From a bacterium (lineage in GTDB: Bacteria > Patescibacteriota > CPR2 > UBA1875 > JAJYID01), in assembly GCA_021796415.1 (NCBI GenBank), contig JAJYJC010000001.1, positions 18,742 to 82,741 on the forward strand: 64,000 bases of DNA, written 5' to 3'. The notes beneath the pieces were generated by a model. That model was given only the letters and a program-made list of their open reading frames with translations. It was not told the DNA's origin and made no database searches. The translations under genes were made by a program, and so were the position numbers. This document shows positions 18,276 to 28,439 of the stretch, in pieces (position 1 is the first letter of the stretch; every line of letters begins with the position of its first letter).

Positions 18276-19526
18276 CTAGTGCGGCGGCACCGGCTGCGAT
18301 GATCCGGACTTATTGGGTTCTACTGTTACTTTCACCCCGCCACTAGGGCATGTTTCACTTAATTTTCCGGAACTGTCCTTTGCTTTATACGTTACAGCTA
18401 AATCATAATTAGTGGTTAGCGAAGGCACAGTCTGAAGGCTGCCTCCTGAAACAGTAACGCCATTTATGCTGGCGAGGGCACCTGAACTTGGATGCTGTTC
18501 AATATTAATAGTAGAGACATCGCTGCCGCCGCCCCAACTGAGAGTTACCGGCGTGCCCTGCAGTACCGTGGCGCTATCGCCACCATTTACATGAAGATAG
18601 GGACAAGAGTTAGTAGGAGCGGCTGGTTGTGGTGCAGAACAGTTCGGGCTCGTCATGGGTGATCCAATAAGCAATGCATTGGGATCATTTCCGGATACAT
18701 CGATGCCGTAAGCATAAAACGAATGTACGCCGCTTAAGTTGATAAAGGTATAATCAAATCCATAAGGGCCGACGTCTTGACGGCTCACATTGGCTTTGCC
18801 GATATCGTACCCTTGAGTGGTGCCGTCGACATAGACATGGACATCAGTTTGCGCAGCCAGATTTGTATAATCAGGGTCCATACTCCAACCCTTAACCTCT
18901 ATACCACCGCCCGTAGCGCATGTTACACTGTCAAGGTAGCCCTGTGGCTGCTTTTTAATCAGATGAAATGTATGTATAACATAACCAGTATTAGTAACGG
19001 TTGTATCCCAGGTTGTGCCGTCTGTAGCTATATAATCGCTGGGGACGGTAATGGTCACCCTTATAGTATTACCAGAGGATGGAACAATGCCAGGATTGCC
19101 TGGATTGCAAGCGCATGATGCGCCATCGCCCCATAAGAGTTGTCCCGGTGAAACGCCCCAAAAACCGGTCTGTCCCGGAGCATTTTGATAATTCGTGTTA
19201 TTACTTTGGGTGCCTTGATAGGCATGGCCATTATCACCCGTGCTGCCATACCAAGTGGTATCGGGCTTCGCATCAGGAGGGTTTGACGAAGGACCATCAT
19301 AGAAAATTACCCCATTGTTGCAAGACACGCTGCCATATCCAAGGTACGTGTAACTGCCGCTTACAAGGCTGTCTATCCTAACCGGCACACCATTAATAGG
19401 ATTACCACCCGTATCCTGAACGTTAACCCAAACACCGCCCAGATTATCAGCTTTTGCCACTTGCGGCGCAAGCGAGAATATCCATAAAACCACGGGCGTT
19501 AATAAGAGGAAAATCAGCTTTTTCAT
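18276..19526 (-). CDS. Secreted protein of unknown function
   Basis: Has a signal peptide (MKKLIFLLLTPVVLWIFSLAPQVAKA). The mature region is rich in Gly, Thr and Asn. Confidence 0.4.
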   Translation of the reverse strand: MKKLIFLLLTPVVLWIFSLAPQVAKADNLGGVWVNVQDTGGNPINGVPVRIDSLVSGSYTYLGYGSVSCNNGVIFYDGPSSNPPDAKPDTTWYGSTGDNGHAYQGTQSNNTNYQNAPGQTGFWGVSPGQLLWGDGASCACNPGNPGIVPSSGNTIRVTITVPSDYIATDGTTWDTTVTNTGYVIHTFHLIKKQPQGYLDSVTCATGGGIEVKGWSMDPDYTNLAAQTDVHVYVDGTTQGYDIGKANVSRQDVGPYGFDYTFINLSGVHSFYAYGIDVSGNDPNALLIGSPMTSPNCSAPQPAAPTNSCPYLHVNGGDSATVLQGTPVTLSWGGGSDVSTINIEQHPSSGALASINGVTVSGGSLQTVPSLTTNYDLAVTYKAKDSSGKLSETCPSGGVKVTVEPNKSGSSQPVPPH

Positions 19527-20572
19527 AATTTTATTCTATCAACATAAGTTTTTACTTGATATAGCTTTTCTTCATTTTGAAGCCAACTGGTAAAGTCGTT
19601 AGTTTCACCTTTATAACCATCCTTTATGTAAACTACAGCATACATAACACCCTGTTTTACGTTATCTTTGCCTTGCCCCTCAACTCGTACCAGATAATAT
19701 TTATTTTTCTCGGGACTTAATGCAACTAACTGAGGTGAACTCTGAAAAACAGTAGTTACGTATTGTGTACTATTGTCAGCAGATGGAGGTGTTCCGTTTG
19801 GAGCCGGTGGCACCAGTCCTAGAGAAGCATCCTTTTTAAGTTCTTGTCCAAAATCCATTGTATAGGGGCGCCAAGCAGCTTCTCCAATCACAGGATCTGC
19901 CTTAAGTTTGGCTAATTCGTTGCTGTAATCTGCTGTACCGGCTTCAAGCCTTTGCTCAACCTTTGTGCAATAGTCTTTGGCATATGCTTCTTGGCTTGCG
20001 CGCTTCGCGGCTGCATCGGGTTTTCCTGACATGTCGCTCATGTCTGAACGATTAAAATAACAGTAGAGAGCATATCCTTCCCGCCAGCTTTGTATTTTCG
20101 ACTGAAGCTTTGTCTTGCCTATTTGAAGTTTCACGAAATTCCGATATGCACTTTGTGCTTCCCTTCCTACATTGTCATAATTTTTATATTTACTTTTGGC
20201 GGCAACGGTAATCTCCGAATCTGTAATTTGTATATTTCTCTTTGCCAGTTCTTTATCAATAATTTTTGAATCGATAACATCGTCAAGAATAGAACCTTTA
20301 ATATTATCATTTAAATAAGCAGGATTTTCTGGAGTGCCTTCATTTGTAGCAGCAAAAAGCCATGTCTTATATTCCGGCAAATGAATCTCTTGTCCGGCTA
20401 CCTCGGCTACAACGTCAGAATTTACAGGGGCTGCTTTTTTTATGAAAAATTGATAACCCAAAAAACCGCCGGCTACTAAGACAAGTGCTGCACAGACTGT
20501 CAAAATTACAGCCATAGTCTTTTTGCTGAACCGTTTTTGATTTTTTTGATTTTGGTTGTAGACTTCCGCCAC
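19523..20572 (-). CDS. Membrane-anchored protein, possibly with a SurA/PrsA-like chaperone N-domain
   Basis: One TM helix near the N-terminus. No clear PPIase motif is present. Confidence 0.3.
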   Translation of the reverse strand: MAEVYNQNQKNQKRFSKKTMAVILTVCAALVLVAGGFLGYQFFIKKAAPVNSDVVAEVAGQEIHLPEYKTWLFAATNEGTPENPAYLNDNIKGSILDDVIDSKIIDKELAKRNIQITDSEITVAAKSKYKNYDNVGREAQSAYRNFVKLQIGKTKLQSKIQSWREGYALYCYFNRSDMSDMSGKPDAAAKRASQEAYAKDYCTKVEQRLEAGTADYSNELAKLKADPVIGEAAWRPYTMDFGQELKKDASLGLVPPAPNGTPPSADNSTQYVTTVFQSSPQLVALSPEKNKYYLVRVEGQGKDNVKQGVMYAVVYIKDGYKGETNDFTSWLQNEEKLYQVKTYVDRIKL

Positions 20573-20709
20573 TACCCCTCCGAAAAATATGATATTAAGT
20601 TAACATAAGTATAACATTAGGATGGCAATGTTTGTCAATTCTTTTTTGCAACGAAAACGGCCGCTTGCCCTGAAGGGCAAGCGGCCGCGTGGAGGAGAAA
20701 ACCGGGGAC

Positions 20710-22416
20710 TCAGTTTATTACGGTCCCCAGCACTTCATTGAAGTAGCCGTTCCACATCACCCGCTGGGAAGACATCACTTTAGCAGGCGTCCCTTTGGTC
20801 GGATCCGGATCTCCGGTCCAAGCCTGAACCTCAACCGGTCCGCCCATCACGCCGGGGAACATCGGTGTTACCTTGCCGCCGGCTTTGATAAATCCGGGAT
20901 TGTCGGAGGTATTGGGCTCGACAGCGCCGCCGACGATTATATGGTAATAGACATCATCGGAGGCCGAGGGATTGGCCACCAAAACCCAGTTGAGTGAACC
21001 GGGGCTTTGCTGGTCGTACCAAGTCCAGTGGTAATCACTGGATAAAGCCGAGGACGAGTAGCCGGGCACTTCTTCGAACGAAGGGCCGGCAATGACTCTC
21101 TGCGAGGCAATCAAATTCGGAGATGTTCCGGAACATGCCCCATACTGGTCAAAGACCGCGCTGCAGCTTTTGACCTCGACCGGCCCGCCCATCACGCCGG
21201 GGAACATCGGTGTTACCTTGCCGCCGGCTTTGATAAATCCGGGATTGTCGGAGGTATTGGGCTCGACAGCGCCGCCGACGATTATATGGTAATAGACATC
21301 ATCGGAGGCCGAGGGATTGGCCACCAAAACCCAGTCGGTCATCCCCGCACTCTGCTGGTCGTACCACGTCCAGAGATAATCTCCAGAAAGATCGCCAGCC
21401 GTTATGCCAGGAACCTCATTGAAGGCATTGCCGTAATTTGATAACACCCTCTGTGACGCCATGACATTGACAGGTGTTGTCTTGCTGCTGTCGGTCCATG
21501 CCTGGACTTCGACAGGACCACCTATTTTCCCAGGGAAGGTGGGGGTGATATTCTGGTGGCCCAGTAGCCATCCTGAAGAACAATTGGGTCCTGTACCGTG
21601 ATAGCATGCTGTTCCCGGATCCTGGCCGGCGATCGTGATTTCGTAATAGATCATCGAGTCGTTCGGGTTGGCTATCAACACCCAGTCGGTCATCCCTGAG
21701 CTTTGCTGGTCGTACCAGGTCCAGTAGTAGTGATCGGAGAGGCTCGATTCGTCTGTCCCCAACACTTCTTCAAGCGAGTTGCCTCCCTTGGGCCAGAGAA
21801 TGCGCTGGCTGACGATTCCTTTGTCTCCGGTCATAGACGATGCTGTGACCGGTCCACCCATAATGCCGTATCGCGGCGTGATGGTCTGTCCCGGACCGAT
21901 AGCTCCGCCATTGGGCAGAGCTTTATTACTGCCGGCAATGCTTAACTGGAAGTTAAGCGGAGCGGCAGCGCTAGCCGGATTGGACAGAAGTACCCAGTTG
22001 TCGCCACCTGCATCGTCGTACCAGGTCCACAGATAGTTCCGTACCGTTGGAGCGTTTTCGACATTAATAGTTACCTGGTTAGAAGAACAACCGCTTTGCG
22101 CGGGGACAAAATATTCGTAATAAGTCCCCGGGGTTGATGGCGGCGTTACACTATATGTAACGGGAGTGCTATCAAGTCCACCCCAGCCACCGCCTCCTCC
22201 CCAGCTGTTATACTCAAGATAAGCAGCTGAGGGATTTGAAGCCACCGTAATTGTAACTGACTGACCAGGGGCCACCGTAACCGACGGATTTGCTTCCGCC
22301 GTCGGTGCCGTAAAGGTCAGTGTGGGGCATGTAGCCGCCATCGCCGTTGAGGCGAAAGCAGCCAGAGCCATCACCGCAATGAGTGCGGCGATGAATATGA
22401 CGAATAACTTCTTCAT
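20710..22416 (-). CDS. Secreted repeat protein with five ~90-aa W-x-W-Y-D repeats
   Basis: Has a signal peptide (MKKLFVIFIAALIAVMALAAFASTAMA). WTWYDQQS...DWVLVANP modules recur. An internal ~160-nt segment is duplicated perfectly (20855-21000 and 21179-21340). GC is elevated. Confidence 0.5.
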   Translation of the reverse strand: MKKLFVIFIAALIAVMALAAFASTAMAATCPTLTFTAPTAEANPSVTVAPGQSVTITVASNPSAAYLEYNSWGGGGGWGGLDSTPVTYSVTPPSTPGTYYEYFVPAQSGCSSNQVTINVENAPTVRNYLWTWYDDAGGDNWVLLSNPASAAAPLNFQLSIAGSNKALPNGGAIGPGQTITPRYGIMGGPVTASSMTGDKGIVSQRILWPKGGNSLEEVLGTDESSLSDHYYWTWYDQQSSGMTDWVLIANPNDSMIYYEITIAGQDPGTACYHGTGPNCSSGWLLGHQNITPTFPGKIGGPVEVQAWTDSSKTTPVNVMASQRVLSNYGNAFNEVPGITAGDLSGDYLWTWYDQQSAGMTDWVLVANPSASDDVYYHIIVGGAVEPNTSDNPGFIKAGGKVTPMFPGVMGGPVEVKSCSAVFDQYGACSGTSPNLIASQRVIAGPSFEEVPGYSSSALSSDYHWTWYDQQSPGSLNWVLVANPSASDDVYYHIIVGGAVEPNTSDNPGFIKAGGKVTPMFPGVMGGPVEVQAWTGDPDPTKGTPAKVMSSQRVMWNGYFNEVLGTVIN

Positions 22417-22696
22417 CTTCTTCACCCTTTCCTTGTTTTTGTTTTTTTTGATTGAATGAATAAAGCTATATCTCCACAAGAAGAGTCTCCTCCGATCTCT
22501 TCTTGATTATTCTTATTACAAGGAACAAATCAACTTAAGTACATCTTCTTCCTTAGTATTGGACACTAAATAAATTTTATCCTTAAGCTGATTTGTTATC
22601 ATATCACATAAGCATTATTTTGGCAAGATTTTTTTGCTGAACCACATGCACTTTTTGTCATCCATGGATTTTTACTAGGAATTTGTGCTTTAAAAT

Positions 22697-22719
22697 GATT
22701 CTGGTCAAGCCAGAATGAC
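22697..22719. repeat. Hairpin repeat (type B)
   Basis: gattctggtcaagccagaatgac. Confidence 0.7.
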
Positions 22720-22846
22720 GCTATTGGTTTTTTTTATGAACGATTTTAAAAAGTGCACGTGAGTCAGATTTTTTTGATTGATTTAATGGCTCCTGTCAAT
22801 TATCTTCCGTTTGTGCTAAAATTAACTGGTTAATCTAAGGAGCTCT

Positions 22847-24013
22847 ATGGGCCTATCTATCGGAATAGTCGGTCTGCCGAATGTCGGCAAAAGTACGCTT
22901 TTCAACGCCTTGACAAAAAACCAAGCGGAAGCTTCAAATTACCCCTTTTGCACCATCGATCCAAATGTAGGCATTGTGGTGGTCCCGGACGAACGGTTGC
23001 AAAAGCTGGCTGAAGTTATTCCAACCCAGAAAATCGTCCCGGCAATCGTTGAATTTATCGATATTGCGGGAATAGTGAAGGGCGCAGCAGAAGGCGAAGG
23101 CCTCGGCAATAAATTTCTGGCCAATATACGCGAGTGTGACGCGATTGCTGAAGTCGTACGTGTATTTTCAGATACAAATATCACTCATGTGGCCGGAAAA
23201 GTTGATCCAACCTCCGACATGGAAACCATTAAAATGGAACTGGTGCTTTCCGATCTCGAAACAGTGGGGAAAAGGGCAGCCAAGCTGGCTAAAGAAGTAA
23301 AAGGCGATCCAAAACTCAAAGAAGCTTTGGATTTAGTCCAAAAAATTCAGACCGAACTTGAGAAAGGAAGGGCAGCCCGAGAATTGGATTTGTCTGAAAA
23401 AGATATCGAGAAAATTAAAGACTTAAACCTGCTTACTTTAAAGCCGCATATTTATATTTTCAATGTCGATGAAGAAAATCTTACCTCTCATGTCATTCCC
23501 GCGCAGGCGGGAATCCAGGACATTATTGGTATAGATTCCCGCCTGCGCGGGAATGACAAAGATGACAGAAATGACAAAAATAGTGGAGAAAATAAAGTCG
23601 CTCAAAATGACAACAACCATGTCTTAATTTCAGCAAAGATTGAATCTGAACTAAACGAGCTTTCCGAGGAAGAAAAGAAAGAATATCTTTCAGAGCTGGG
23701 ACAATCTGAGACGGGATTAAACCGGCTAATCAAGATAGGATATGATCTGCTTGGCCTCCAAACCTACTTCACAGCCGGAGAAAAGGAGATCAAGGCATGG
23801 ACCATTCATAAAGGGGACAAAGCGCCGCAAGCCGCCGGCGTCATCCATACCGACTTTGAAAAAGGGTTCATCAAAGCCGAGACTGTTTCCTGGCAGGATC
23901 TAGTTGAACATAAAGGCTGGGCAGGCGCTAAAGCGGCTGGCAAAGTCCGCCTCGAGGGCAAAGATTACACCGTCCAAGACGGCGATGTGATGGTGTTTAA
24001 GTTTAATGTTTAG
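22847..24013 (+). CDS. ychF: Ribosome-binding ATPase YchF (Obg-like GTPase) carrying an in-frame hairpin-repeat insertion
   Basis: Contains [18 protein letters not shown] (G1) and a TGS domain at the C-terminus. The roughly 45-aa insert [10 protein letters not shown]...[11 protein letters not shown] is encoded by repeats at 23492-23556. Confidence 0.9.
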   Translation: MGLSIGIVGLPNVGKSTLFNALTKNQAEASNYPFCTIDPNVGIVVVPDERLQKLAEVIPTQKIVPAIVEFIDIAGIVKGAAEGEGLGNKFLANIRECDAIAEVVRVFSDTNITHVAGKVDPTSDMETIKMELVLSDLETVGKRAAKLAKEVKGDPKLKEALDLVQKIQTELEKGRAARELDLSEKDIEKIKDLNLLTLKPHIYIFNVDEENLTSHVIPAQAGIQDIIGIDSRLRGNDKDDRNDKNSGENKVAQNDNNHVLISAKIESELNELSEEEKKEYLSELGQSETGLNRLIKIGYDLLGLQTYFTAGEKEIKAWTIHKGDKAPQAAGVIHTDFEKGFIKAETVSWQDLVEHKGWAGAKAAGKVRLEGKDYTVQDGDVMVFKFNV

Positions 24014-24044
24014 GGAGATCGTCAATCCACTACTTTTTTCGCTC

Positions 24045-24400
24045 GTCATTCCCGCGCAGGCGGGAATCCAGCCTAAATAATTTCATTATACAAATCTCTC
24101 CATTCAGGATTAGATTTTTCGATTAGTCGCAGCTTCCATCTTCTTTCCCATTTCTTAAGCCGTTTTTCTCGTTTTATTGCTGCTTCAGCTGTCTGATGTT
24201 CTTCGAAGTAAACTAAAAGGTGCGTTTGATATTTATTACTGAATCCCCCAACAAGATCATTTTTGTGTTGGTAAACTCTTTTAATTAGCTCAGAGGTAAC
24301 CCCAATATAAAGAGTCCCATTTTTCTTACAGGCCAAAATATAAACCCAAAATTTTTTCATATCTCACAACTTTCTGGATTCCCGCTTGCGCGGGAATGAC
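24045..24400 (-). mobile_element. GIY-YIG nuclease gene flanked by inverted hairpin repeats (copy 3)
   Basis: gtcattcccgcgcaggcgggaatcc sits at 24045-24069 and ggattcccgcttgcgcgggaatgac at 24376-24400. Confidence 0.7.
24073..24360 (-). CDS. Stand-alone GIY-YIG nuclease, copy 3 (divergent paralog)
   Basis: Contains FWVYILACKKNGTLYIGVT...RVYQHK. Confidence 0.85.
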   Translation of the reverse strand: MKKFWVYILACKKNGTLYIGVTSELIKRVYQHKNDLVGGFSNKYQTHLLVYFEEHQTAEAAIKREKRLKKWERRWKLRLIEKSNPEWRDLYNEII

Positions 24401-24433
24401 GCTATCTCCCCATTCAAGTTCAGAATGACAGAA

Positions 24434-26509
24434 TCACGATGATAATTTATTGCTAATTCTCCCCACGAAAAACAAATATCCTATTCCTGCAAAACCGAGC
24501 GCAATACCGGTCCAGTCGATCCAACCGTACGTGAAATACAACCTCACATGATGCGAAGTGGGCACGACCATCATATAAGCAGGGGATACCAGATAGGGGC
24601 CATTTGCGCCCTGAGCTCTCCAGGTAGGAAAGTAAGATATTTTCACCACAACCGGTGAGCCGATTTTATCAGTATCGAACTCAATCGAATCATTAGTTTG
24701 TTTAATGTTGCTTATCTTGGCCGCCTCAAACTTTGAGTCCTTAGGCTTTAAGTTTGATAATATCGTTTCCTGGGCATTACTCTGGGCAAATACTATGGGC
24801 TTAGACGGGTCTGCATGCTCGTACCAATTAAACGATTCGTTTAACCAGTTCTTATCTTTCAGTTCCACTGAAAAATCTTCAATTGACTCAACCATTTCGG
24901 AATTTTTAACTTTATAAACATTAAAAGGGCCAACATCTTGTATTTTTTCAAGGTCGTGATTTGCATTTGCATCTTTTTTAATTAAATCAGAATAAGCCAC
25001 AAAGTAGCTAGCCCCAGACATTTGCAAATGTTTTACGCCTTTATCAAAGTCAAACGGCGGGTATTTAAATCCGGCGACTGCCGAGGTAGGCTTATCGGTA
25101 GTTTCAGCTTGGTTGACGAAATGAAACGGTCCGGTTAGCCCTGATTCTATCAAAAGCCCTTCATATGTCGGTTGGCCGGAAAAAACGGGAATAGTTTCTA
25201 GAATGCGCGGCGTCCCGTATTTATCATATTCCGGCCTATACTCCCACATCACCCTTCCTTTCGGTAAAGCGCCCAGATACTTGAAGAGGCTGTCAGCTTC
25301 GGGCCATGGCGATTTTGCTTCATAACCTTCAAAGTTCCACTTAAACCAAGCCGGCAGGAATGAGATATTTACCCTAACCAGAGCTACCGAAAGCCCGGAA
25401 ACGATTAGAAAAATCACCATCATCACTGCATGAGATTTCTTTTTCATAAATGCCAAGATGTCGCCGCCAAAGTACGCCGCCAAAAATATTATGGAAAATG
25501 AAATGTATGGCAAAAAACGAGTGTTCCAAACGGTCGAGTTGTTTAGGTGAAGATACACGGCAGAAGATAAAATTAAAAGCCCGAAAAACGCCAGCAAGCT
25601 TCTTTCCTTTTTGTAAATTGCCAAAACTATCCCTCCAATAGCCGAGACGACGAGGGGCAGCCAATAGGCTGGAAAAAGTTCATCCAATTTTATTTGGGCC
25701 ACCCATTGCATGGTGCCGCTATAGCCCTTATACCACACCAGCCCCAACGTCCAAAAAGCGCTAAGTAAAAATATCCCCAAAAATACAAGAGCCGTATAAA
25801 TGAAGTTGTTTTTATATTTGTTTGTCTGAAAAGGGAAAATTATGGCGATAGCTATCATCAAAAGCCCGGAAATTGGATGAGTCAAAATAACCGCGGAACC
25901 AAGTAGGATATTCCAAACGAGATATTTTTGCTCCCTTAAGCCTTTATACATAAGCCCGACAAACATAAAAAGAAGAGCAATACTTGCGGTGTGGGCAAAC
26001 TGTCCGGCGAGAAGCGAGGCCGCATTACCTCCATAAATAGTATATTTTTCCAGAAATATCAGAAACAAACTAAGCACGGCGCCAAGCTGAGGGACGGGAT
26101 ACTTTATGCCAAGCCACTTAAGCGACAAATAAAAAGCTACTGGAAAAATCAAAATACCGGAAAAAATGACAAGCTTGAAAGCTATATTTAGAGGGATCAA
26201 GAAGCTCAAAATAACGGTAACGGCATACAGAAGAGGCGGATAGAAATACAGAAAAGGAAATCCGCTGTACCAATCCGGCGACCACCATCTGATCCGGGGA
26301 AAGATTTGCTTTAGATAGTAGGGAATGTAGATATGGGAACCCGTGTCTCCGCCGGCCACATGGGTATTGGTAAAAACCAGGCCTACGTTAAACATAAAGA
26401 AGATGAATCCATAGGCTATCAGAAAACTTATAACCGTTAGGCTCGCTTCCGGATGAGTGGCAAAAAAATCCCAGACCCTTTTTAAACTTCCTCTGAATTT
26501 TGCTCGCAT
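24434..26509 (-). CDS. Large polytopic membrane protein, putative GT-C-fold glycosyltransferase (PMT/ArnT/YfhO-like)
   Basis: About 12 TM helices followed by a soluble C-terminal domain. It is adjacent to a GT2 gene (DPM-synthase-like) and their coding sequences overlap. Confidence 0.45.
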   Translation of the reverse strand: MRAKFRGSLKRVWDFFATHPEASLTVISFLIAYGFIFFMFNVGLVFTNTHVAGGDTGSHIYIPYYLKQIFPRIRWWSPDWYSGFPFLYFYPPLLYAVTVILSFLIPLNIAFKLVIFSGILIFPVAFYLSLKWLGIKYPVPQLGAVLSLFLIFLEKYTIYGGNAASLLAGQFAHTASIALLFMFVGLMYKGLREQKYLVWNILLGSAVILTHPISGLLMIAIAIIFPFQTNKYKNNFIYTALVFLGIFLLSAFWTLGLVWYKGYSGTMQWVAQIKLDELFPAYWLPLVVSAIGGIVLAIYKKERSLLAFFGLLILSSAVYLHLNNSTVWNTRFLPYISFSIIFLAAYFGGDILAFMKKKSHAVMMVIFLIVSGLSVALVRVNISFLPAWFKWNFEGYEAKSPWPEADSLFKYLGALPKGRVMWEYRPEYDKYGTPRILETIPVFSGQPTYEGLLIESGLTGPFHFVNQAETTDKPTSAVAGFKYPPFDFDKGVKHLQMSGASYFVAYSDLIKKDANANHDLEKIQDVGPFNVYKVKNSEMVESIEDFSVELKDKNWLNESFNWYEHADPSKPIVFAQSNAQETILSNLKPKDSKFEAAKISNIKQTNDSIEFDTDKIGSPVVVKISYFPTWRAQGANGPYLVSPAYMMVVPTSHHVRLYFTYGWIDWTGIALGFAGIGYLFFVGRISNKLSS

Positions 26510-27210
26510 AACGAAATTTTAGCATCTTTATAACTATGAAATCTAATCCTTATCAGGTCTCGAACAAAAAAGATGCCTTCTCGGAAGTTAAAATAGCTTA
26601 ATCTTTTCGGGTAATGCGATACGTCTAAAGTGACGGTTTGAATCTTGGATTGCGCTTGTTTGGCAAGAAAAAGCATCTCAACATCACTGGCAAATCCGGA
26701 TACGAAGGTTTTGGGGAATATTTTTCCAGCCGCCACTCTTGAAAAACCCTTGAGTCCGGCTTGCGTATCGTGGAACGGAAGCAAAAAGACAACTCTGATA
26801 AAAATGTGAACTATTTTTCGGGCAAATTTGTATGCAAGCGATCTGCTATATGCATTTTTCTCCGCTATAACCACATCCAAGGTCGGATCTTTTTCAAAGG
26901 CCAAGATAATATCTTTGATTCCGCTTGTGCCAAATGGCAGATCGGCATCGGTAAATATGACAATATCACCTTTGGCGGCAAGCACCCCCCGCTTTATAGA
27001 GTAGCCTTTGCCTCTATTTACCGTATTTCTTATGTATTTGGCTTGCTTGAATTTTCTTCCTGCACTCTTTGTTCCATCTGTGCTTGCATCGTCAACTAAA
27101 ATAACTTCGGCATCTGGAAAATTTTCCATAACGCTTTTCAGATTCTTTACTATGCTGCCTTCTTCGTTGTATGCAGGTATGATTATTGAAATCTTCATTT
27201 TCCCAGCCAT
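26482..27210 (-). CDS. Family 2 glycosyltransferase (dolichyl/polyprenyl-phosphate sugar synthase-like)
   Basis: Contains ISIIIPAYNEEGSI...VILVDDASTDGT...DADL. Confidence 0.75.
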   Translation of the reverse strand: MAGKMKISIIIPAYNEEGSIVKNLKSVMENFPDAEVILVDDASTDGTKSAGRKFKQAKYIRNTVNRGKGYSIKRGVLAAKGDIVIFTDADLPFGTSGIKDIILAFEKDPTLDVVIAEKNAYSRSLAYKFARKIVHIFIRVVFLLPFHDTQAGLKGFSRVAAGKIFPKTFVSGFASDVEMLFLAKQAQSKIQTVTLDVSHYPKRLSYFNFREGIFFVRDLIRIRFHSYKDAKISLCEQNSEEV

Positions 27211-28034
27211 ATTAGAAATTCCTTATTTCCTTTCGCGCCCGTTATCGGCGATTCGGTCATGCCCTTTACTTTAAATCCTTGCTCGCTTGCAAAGGCTTTA
27301 ATGCCAGTTACTACTTCTTGCCTTAAATTTTCATCTTTTATAACACCTTTGGTTTTGTCGGCTTCTTTCTTGCCAACTTCGAATTGGGGCTTGATCAGTA
27401 AAACACATTCGGTCTTGTAATCGGCAATTTTTTTGATCTGGGGCATGATCTTTTTGAGTGATATAAATGAAACATCGCAAAGGAAATAATCTACCTGATC
27501 AACCGTCATTCTGGCTTGGCCAGAATCTGTGTTTTGATCATGGTTTTTTGATCCTGGACAAGCCAGAGCCTGTTCTGGTCGTAATCCAGAAATAACCCGC
27601 TTAGAAAAATCTTGCCAAGAATCAATATTACGAAAATTAGTCCGCTCCATCACAACGACGAGCGGATTTTCCCTCAGCTTTTGGTCAAGCTGCCCCCAAC
27701 CGACATCTATAGCATAAACTTTTCGAGCGCCTTTTTGTATGGCAAAATCCACAAAACCGCCCGTTGAAGCGCCAATATCACAAATTACCTTGTCTTTAAA
27801 GCACAACTGGAAATCTTCGTAAGCCTTTTGAATCTTTAAAGCACCGCGGGAAACATAGGGCAATTTTCCCTTTATCTCAATGTCAGAAGCCTCGTCAATC
27901 GTTGTGCCGGCTTTATCAATCCTCTGCCCGCTGGCAAAAACCTGCCCGCTCATAAGCAGGGCTTGGGCTTTGGTTCTCGAGTCAGCCAAACCCCTTTCAA
28001 CTAATAATATGTCGATTCGCTTTTTCATTTTCAA
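27195..28034 (-). CDS. tlyA: TlyA-family rRNA 2'-O-methyltransferase carrying an in-frame hairpin-repeat insertion
   Basis: Has an S4 domain (RIDILLVERGLADSRTKA) and an FtsJ-like MTase (VICDIGASTGGF). The insert ...SGQARMTV... is encoded by the repeat at 27505-27571. Confidence 0.85.
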   Translation of the reverse strand: MKMKKRIDILLVERGLADSRTKAQALLMSGQVFASGQRIDKAGTTIDEASDIEIKGKLPYVSRGALKIQKAYEDFQLCFKDKVICDIGASTGGFVDFAIQKGARKVYAIDVGWGQLDQKLRENPLVVVMERTNFRNIDSWQDFSKRVISGLRPEQALACPGSKNHDQNTDSGQARMTVDQVDYFLCDVSFISLKKIMPQIKKIADYKTECVLLIKPQFEVGKKEADKTKGVIKDENLRQEVVTGIKAFASEQGFKVKGMTESPITGAKGNKEFLIWLGK

Positions 28035-28036
28035 TT

Positions 28037-28439
28037 GTCATTCTGAACTTGATTCAGAATCCAGGGATTTCTCATACAAACCATCCCAATTTGGATTTAC
28101 GCCTTCAATCAAATCTAGCTTCCACTTACATTTCCAATTCTTAATTTGTTTTTCTCTTTTAATGGCCTCTCCTACGCTATTCGTTACTTCAAAATAAACT
28201 AGCTTATGAACCGGGTATTTACCAGTAAATGATTCTGATTTAATGTTTTTGTGTTCGTAAATTCTTTTTATTAAATCATTTGTAGCACCAGTATAAATAG
28301 TTCCGTTTCTTTGATTTGCTGTCATGCAAACATAATATGATTTAATTGCTTTTTATTTCTGGATTCCGGATCCACCTGCGCTAAAGCTACGGAGGGACAG
28401 GTCAACTGATTATATATTTATTGTATAGTCCGGAATGAC
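28037..28439 (-). mobile_element. GIY-YIG nuclease unit flanked by hairpin repeats (copy 4, decaying)
   Basis: gtcattctgaacttgattcagaatcc (28037-28061) encodes the C-terminus and the stop codon. A composite hairpin lies at 28361-28439. Confidence 0.6.
28038..28325 (-). CDS. Stand-alone GIY-YIG nuclease, copy 4 (ancestral start codon apparently mutated to ATT)
   Basis: The in-frame upstream sequence reads IKSYYVCMTANQRNGTIYTG, compared with MKSYYVYIMASDRNGTLYTG in copy 1. The C-terminal LDSESSSE* is repeat-encoded. Confidence 0.65.
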   Translation of the reverse strand: MTANQRNGTIYTGATNDLIKRIYEHKNIKSESFTGKYPVHKLVYFEVTNSVGEAIKREKQIKNWKCKWKLDLIEGVNPNWDGLYEKSLDSESSSE

